From the NCBI RefSeq assembly GCF_039541115.1, contig NZ_BAABFP010000005.1, positions 310,001 to 374,000 of the forward strand: a stretch of DNA of 64,000 bases. The letters run 5' to 3'. Both the position numbers and the translations under genes were made by a program. Position 1 is the stretch's first letter; each line of letters opens with the position of its first letter. The notes under the pieces were generated by a model. The model saw nothing but the letters and a program-made list of their open reading frames with translations, searched no databases and was not told where the DNA came from. Below are positions 59,687-64,000 of the stretch, in pieces. The stretch comes from Angustibacter luteus. GTDB lineage: Bacteria; Actinomycetota; Actinomycetes; Actinomycetales; Angustibacteraceae.

Positions 59687-60292
59687 ATGAACCTGCGAAA
59701 GAAGAGCCCCGCCGACGGCGTGGTCGACGAGTCCGCGCCGGGCGGCCGCAAGGGCCTGGTCGTCGCGGCGGGCGTGGCCGCTGGGCTGGCCGTCGTCGTC
59801 GGCATGGGCTACGTGCTCGTGTCCGGCGGGGACGACGCACCGGAGTCGGGTGTGGTCGCCTCGGCGAACCACACGCCGGCAGCCAAGGCGACTGCCGCCC
59901 CGACCAAGGCCGCCAAGGCCAAGGCGGCCCCGGCGATCAAGAAGTACACGAGCAAGACCGCGCGTGACCCGTTCAAGGCGCTGGTCGTGGAGCCGGTGGC
60001 ATCCACTGGTGGAGCGGCTGGGACGTCCGCGACCGGTGGCGCCACCGCTCCGGCGACGCAGCCGACCGCGGCGCCGTCCGGTGCCACCACGATCACGCTG
60101 GTCTCGGTGACCTCCACCAACTCCAGCGCGAACTTCAAGGTGAACTCGGCGGCCGCGAACGGCATCAAGAAGGGCCAGACGTTCGGCGAGCACTTCAAGC
60201 TGATCGACATGTCCGGCGGCAAGTGCGCCACCGTCCAGTTCGGCGACATCTCGGTGAACATGTGCGAGGGCAAGTCGCTGTCCGTCAGCTGA
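59687..60292 (+). CDS. Membrane-anchored PilP-like protein
   Basis: TM helix, Ala/Lys linker, RDPF motif, C-terminal beta domain with a Cys pair. Confidence 0.6.
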   Translation: MNLRKKSPADGVVDESAPGGRKGLVVAAGVAAGLAVVVGMGYVLVSGGDDAPESGVVASANHTPAAKATAAPTKAAKAKAAPAIKKYTSKTARDPFKALVVEPVASTGGAAGTSATGGATAPATQPTAAPSGATTITLVSVTSTNSSANFKVNSAAANGIKKGQTFGEHFKLIDMSGGKCATVQFGDISVNMCEGKSLSVS

Positions 60293-60305
60293 CCCTGCAC
60301 GTCCG

Positions 60306-60340
60306 CGAAGGCCCGCACCGTCTCACGGTGCGGGCCTTCG
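60306..60340 (+). terminator. Hairpin closing the pil cluster
   Basis: CGAAGGCCCGCACCGT-ctc-ACGGTGCGGGCCTTCG. Confidence 0.8.
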
Positions 60341-60386
60341 TCGTGCCTGTGGCCGGGCCGGGCACGGCACCTGACAGACTGCCTGC

Positions 60387-61610
60387 ATGCTGCGTTGGTT
60401 GACGGCCGGGGAGTCGCACGGCCCGGCGCTGGTCGCCGTGATGGAGGGACTGCCGGCCGGTGTGCAGGTGAGCACGGCGGACGTCGCGGCGGCCCTGGCC
60501 CGGCGCCGGCTGGGGTTCGGTCGCGGGGCCCGGATGAAGTTCGAGCAGGACGAGGTCGAGCTGCTGGGCGGGGTCCGGCACGGGCTGACGCTCGGCTCCC
60601 CGCTGGCCATCCGGATCGGCAACTCGGAGTGGCCCAAGTGGCGGACCGTGATGAGCCCGGACCCGGTGGCGGCGTCCGACCTCGCCGCCGCGGACGACGT
60701 CGGCTCCCCGCAGGAGCTCGCGCGCAACCGACCCCTGACCCGGCCGCGACCCGGCCACGCCGACCTGGTCGGCATGCAGAAGTACGGGTTCGACGAGGCT
60801 CGGCCGGTGCTGGAGCGCGCCAGCGCGCGCGAGACCGCCGCGCGGGTGGCCCTGGGGGCGGTGGCGGCGGCGCTGCTCGAGCAGGCCTACGGCGTCCGGC
60901 TCGTCTCGCACACCGTGTCGATCGGTTCCGCCGAGGTCGGCGACGACGCACCGCTGCCGCACCCGGACGACGTCGCGCGGCTCGACGACGACCCGGTGCG
61001 CACGTTGGACGCTCCCGGGTCGGCCGCGATGGTCGCCGAGGTGGACGCTGCCCGCAAGGACGGCGACACGCTCGGTGGCGTGGTCGAGGTGCTGGCCTAC
61101 GGTCTGCCGCCCGGCCTCGGCTCGCACGTGCACTGGGACCGCCGGCTGGACTCCCGGCTGGCCGGTGCGCTGATGGGGATCCAAGCCATCAAGGGCGTCG
61201 AGGTCGGTGACGGGTTCCGTACCGCCGCCCGCCGCGGGTCGGCGGCCCACGACGAGATGGAGCTGGACGGCGAGGGCATCGTGCGGCGGCGCACGGGGCG
61301 GGCCGGCGGCACCGAGGGCGGCATGTCCACCGGGGACGTGTTGCGCGTCCGGGCCGCGATGAAGCCCATCTCGACCGTGCCCCGCTCGCTGGACACCGTG
61401 GACGTGGCGACCGGCGAGGCGGCCAAGGCGGTGCACCAGCGCTCCGACGTGTGCGCCGTCCCGGCGGCGGGTGTCGTTGCGGAGGCGATGGTGGCGCTGG
61501 TGCTGGCCGAGGCGTGCCTGGAGAAGTTCGGCGGTGACTCCCTGACGGAGACCGCGCGCAACCACCGGGGCTACCTGGACGCCGTCCCGCCGGGCCTGCG
61601 GACGTGGTGA
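60387..61610 (+). CDS. aroC: Chorismate synthase
   Basis: [32 protein letters not shown]. Confidence 0.97.
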   Translation: MLRWLTAGESHGPALVAVMEGLPAGVQVSTADVAAALARRRLGFGRGARMKFEQDEVELLGGVRHGLTLGSPLAIRIGNSEWPKWRTVMSPDPVAASDLAAADDVGSPQELARNRPLTRPRPGHADLVGMQKYGFDEARPVLERASARETAARVALGAVAAALLEQAYGVRLVSHTVSIGSAEVGDDAPLPHPDDVARLDDDPVRTLDAPGSAAMVAEVDAARKDGDTLGGVVEVLAYGLPPGLGSHVHWDRRLDSRLAGALMGIQAIKGVEVGDGFRTAARRGSAAHDEMELDGEGIVRRRTGRAGGTEGGMSTGDVLRVRAAMKPISTVPRSLDTVDVATGEAAKAVHQRSDVCAVPAAGVVAEAMVALVLAEACLEKFGGDSLTETARNHRGYLDAVPPGLRTW

Positions 61611-62131
61611 GCGCGTCGCGTCCCCGGCTCGTCCTGGTCGGCCCGCCAGGCTCGGGCAAGACGACCGTGGGACTGCTGGTGGCCCAGCGCCTGGAGGAGC
61701 CGTTCGCGGACGTCGACGACGTCGTCGAGCAGCGGGCCGGCAAGTCGATCTACGACCTGTTCATCGATGACGGCGAGGCGGCCTTCCGCGAGCTCGAGCG
61801 TGAGGTGTGCGCGCTGATGCTCGCCGAGGAGCCCGGCGTGGTCTCGCTCGGTGGCGGGTCGGTGCTGGACCCGCGCACCGAGGCGGACCTGGCCGGCCTC
61901 ACGGTGGTGTTCCTGGACGTGGCGATCTCGGACGCGGCCAAGCGGATCGGCTTCGCGCAGAGCCGTCCGCTGCTCGCCGTGAACCCGCGGGCGCAGTGGA
62001 CGCAGCTGATGAACCAGCGCCGTCCGGTGTACGAGCGCGTCGCGACGTTCACGGTGGACACCGCGGGTCGGGACAGCGTCGACGTCGCGGACGACGTGGT
62101 GGCCGGCCTGCGCTCGGCGGAGTCGGCATGA
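61604..62131 (+). CDS. aroK: Shikimate kinase
   Basis: [29 protein letters not shown]. Confidence 0.94.
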   Translation: MVSASRPRLVLVGPPGSGKTTVGLLVAQRLEEPFADVDDVVEQRAGKSIYDLFIDDGEAAFRELEREVCALMLAEEPGVVSLGGGSVLDPRTEADLAGLTVVFLDVAISDAAKRIGFAQSRPLLAVNPRAQWTQLMNQRRPVYERVATFTVDTAGRDSVDVADDVVAGLRSAESA

Positions 62132-63219
62132 GCGCGGCGACCCGGATCACGGTGTCGGGGGAGCAGCCCTACGACGTCGTCGTGGGCGAGGGGCTGCTCG
62201 GTGAGCTGCCCGCGCTGGTCGGCGACGGCGTCCAGCGCGTCCTGGTCGTCCACCCGAAGGCGTTGCGCGCCACCGGCGAGGCCGTCCGGGACGACCTGGC
62301 GGGGCAGGGGTTCGAGGCCTACGTCGCGGAGGTCCCGGACGCCGAGGAGGCGAAGACCGCACAGGTGGCGGCGTTCCTGTGGGGCGTGCTCGGGCAGGCT
62401 GGGTTCACTCGCAGCGACGCGCTGGTCGGCGTCGGCGGGGGAGCGGTCACCGACCTCACCGGGTTCGTCGCGGCGACGTGGCTGCGTGGCGTGCGGGTCG
62501 TGCACGTGCCCACCACCTTGGCCGCGATGGTGGACGCGGCGGTCGGCGGCAAGACCGGCATCAACACCAGCGACGGGAAGAACCTGGTCGGGTCGTTCCA
62601 CCCGCCGGCCGGGGTGCTGTGCGACCTGACGACCTTGGAGACGTTGCCACGCAACGACTTCGTGGCCGGTCTGGCCGAGGTCGTCAAGTGCGGCTTCATC
62701 GCCGACCCGGTGATCCTGGACGTCGTCGAGGCGGACCCCGCCCGCGCGACGGACTGGCGATCGGCGTCGACCCGCGACCTGGTGGAGCGCAGCGTGCGGG
62801 TCAAGGCGGACGTCGTCGGGCAGGACCTGCGCGAAGCGGGTCTGCGCGAGGTGCTGAACTACGGGCACACTTTCGGGCACGCGGTCGAGCACGTCGAGCG
62901 GTTCGGCTGGCGGCACGGCGCCGCGGTCAGCGTGGGACTGGTCTATGCCGCGGAGCTGGCCCGGCTGGCCGGCCGCCTGGACGACGCCACCACGCAGCGG
63001 CACGTCGACGTGCTCCGCTCGCTGGGACTGCCCACGACGTACCGGCAGGACCGCTGGGAGCAGCTGCTGAGCGCGATGAGACGCGACAAGAAGGCCCGCG
63101 GCGACCTGCTGCGGTTCGTCGTCCTGGAGGGCGTGGGGCGTCCGGTGCGACTCGAGGGTCCCGACCCGTCGCTGCTGCACGCGGCGTACGCGGAGCTCGG
63201 CGCGGAGGAGGACCGGTAG
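62128..63219 (+). CDS. aroB: 3-dehydroquinate synthase
   Basis: [43 protein letters not shown]. Confidence 0.96.
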   Translation: MSAATRITVSGEQPYDVVVGEGLLGELPALVGDGVQRVLVVHPKALRATGEAVRDDLAGQGFEAYVAEVPDAEEAKTAQVAAFLWGVLGQAGFTRSDALVGVGGGAVTDLTGFVAATWLRGVRVVHVPTTLAAMVDAAVGGKTGINTSDGKNLVGSFHPPAGVLCDLTTLETLPRNDFVAGLAEVVKCGFIADPVILDVVEADPARATDWRSASTRDLVERSVRVKADVVGQDLREAGLREVLNYGHTFGHAVEHVERFGWRHGAAVSVGLVYAAELARLAGRLDDATTQRHVDVLRSLGLPTTYRQDRWEQLLSAMRRDKKARGDLLRFVVLEGVGRPVRLEGPDPSLLHAAYAELGAEEDR

Positions 63220-63300
63220 GATGGTCGGCGGCCCGCGAGGGCCGGACCTCGCCTGGCTCGCCCAGGCCACCGGGTACCCCATCGATAGAGAGCGGCTGCA

Positions 63301-63861
63301 GTGGCATCGACGAACGACCTCAAGAACGGCATGGTGCTCAACCTGGAGGGCCAGCTCTGGTCCGTGGTGGAGTTCCAGCACGTCAAGCCCGGCAAGGGCC
63401 CGGCGTTCGTCCGCACCAAGCTGAAGGCCGTGCTCTCCGGCAAGGTGGTCGACAAGACCTTCAACGCCGGCACGAAGGTCGAGACGGCCAACGTCGACAA
63501 GCGGGACATGCAGTACCTGTACAAGGACGGCGACGACTTCGTCTTCATGGACGGCGACACCTATGACCAGATCCACATCAGCGCCGCCACCGTGGGCTCC
63601 GCCGCCGACTTCATGCTCGAGAACCAGTCGGCCGTGGTGGCCCTGCACGACGGCACCCCGCTGTACGTCGAGCTGCCGACGTCCGTCGTCCTGGTGATCA
63701 CCTACACCGAGCCGGGCCTGCAGGGCGACCGCTCGACCGGAGGCACCAAGCCGGCCACCCTCGAGACCGGCGCGCAGATCGCCGTCCCGCTGTTCCTCGA
63801 GACCGGCACCAGGGTCAAGGTCGACACCCGCTCGGGTGACTACCTCGGCCGGGTGAACTGA
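63301..63861 (+). CDS. efp: Elongation factor P
   Basis: [26 protein letters not shown]. Confidence 0.98.
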   Translation: MASTNDLKNGMVLNLEGQLWSVVEFQHVKPGKGPAFVRTKLKAVLSGKVVDKTFNAGTKVETANVDKRDMQYLYKDGDDFVFMDGDTYDQIHISAATVGSAADFMLENQSAVVALHDGTPLYVELPTSVVLVITYTEPGLQGDRSTGGTKPATLETGAQIAVPLFLETGTRVKVDTRSGDYLGRVN

Positions 63862-63867
63862 GCCCAG

Positions 63868-64000
63868 GTGGCAGCGCGCACGAAGGCACGCAAGCGCGCG
63901 GTCGACGTCCTGTTCGAGGCCGACCAGCGGCGTCGCGACGCGGTGTCCCTGCTGGCGGACCGCATCGCGCAGGCTGACCCGCCGGTGCACGAGTACACGG
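63868..64000 (+). CDS. nusB: Transcription antitermination factor (partial)
   Basis: Read manually: MAARTKARKRAVDVLFEADQR..., directly after efp. Confidence 0.9.
   Translation, partial: MAARTKARKRAVDVLFEADQRRRDAVSLLADRIAQADPPVHEYT

Noticed and set aside
45700..60340. Pilus cluster as a recently mobile island
   Set aside because: It interrupts aroE-aroC, but no integrase, tRNA, att or direct repeats were seen, and codon style is host-like.

Overview
High-GC actinobacterial chromosome (Actinomycetota; a Kineosporiales/Micrococcales-like lineage is plausible but only inferred). The backbone is the conserved core segment: EF-G2, pgsA-patA-pimA, pdxS/pdxT, yebC-ruvCAB, yajC-secDF-apt-rel, DUF349-cyclophilin, MBL hydrolase-hisS, aspS, rarA, rpsD, alaS-ruvX-mltG-aroE, aroC-aroK-aroB, efp-nusB. 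Accessory inserts are: kynU plus a GNAT gene splitting pdxS from pdxT; a TPR-GGDEF cyclase; a PilZ protein; a 6.2 kb block (REC-TrxB fusion, cNMP histidine kinase, MMPL, GNAT) bracketed by two related palindromes; and a complete monoderm type IVa pilus cluster (about 14.6 kb) between aroE and aroC. The most notable non-coding signals are: (i) a recurring CTCAAG-N14/15-G(C/T)CGA(T/C) sigma28/FliA-WhiG-type promoter in front of seven pil transcription units, with variants before the diguanylate cyclase and PilZ genes; (ii) three tandem major pilin cassettes with a near-identical constant region, variable C-terminal halves, their own promoters and terminators, and a conserved 5' leader that can sequester the ribosome-binding site; (iii) a consensus-matching IdeR/DmdR1 iron box directly in front of ribosomal protein S4. 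No rRNA, tRNA, CRISPR array, transposase or integrase was recognised. Start codons were chosen by eye.
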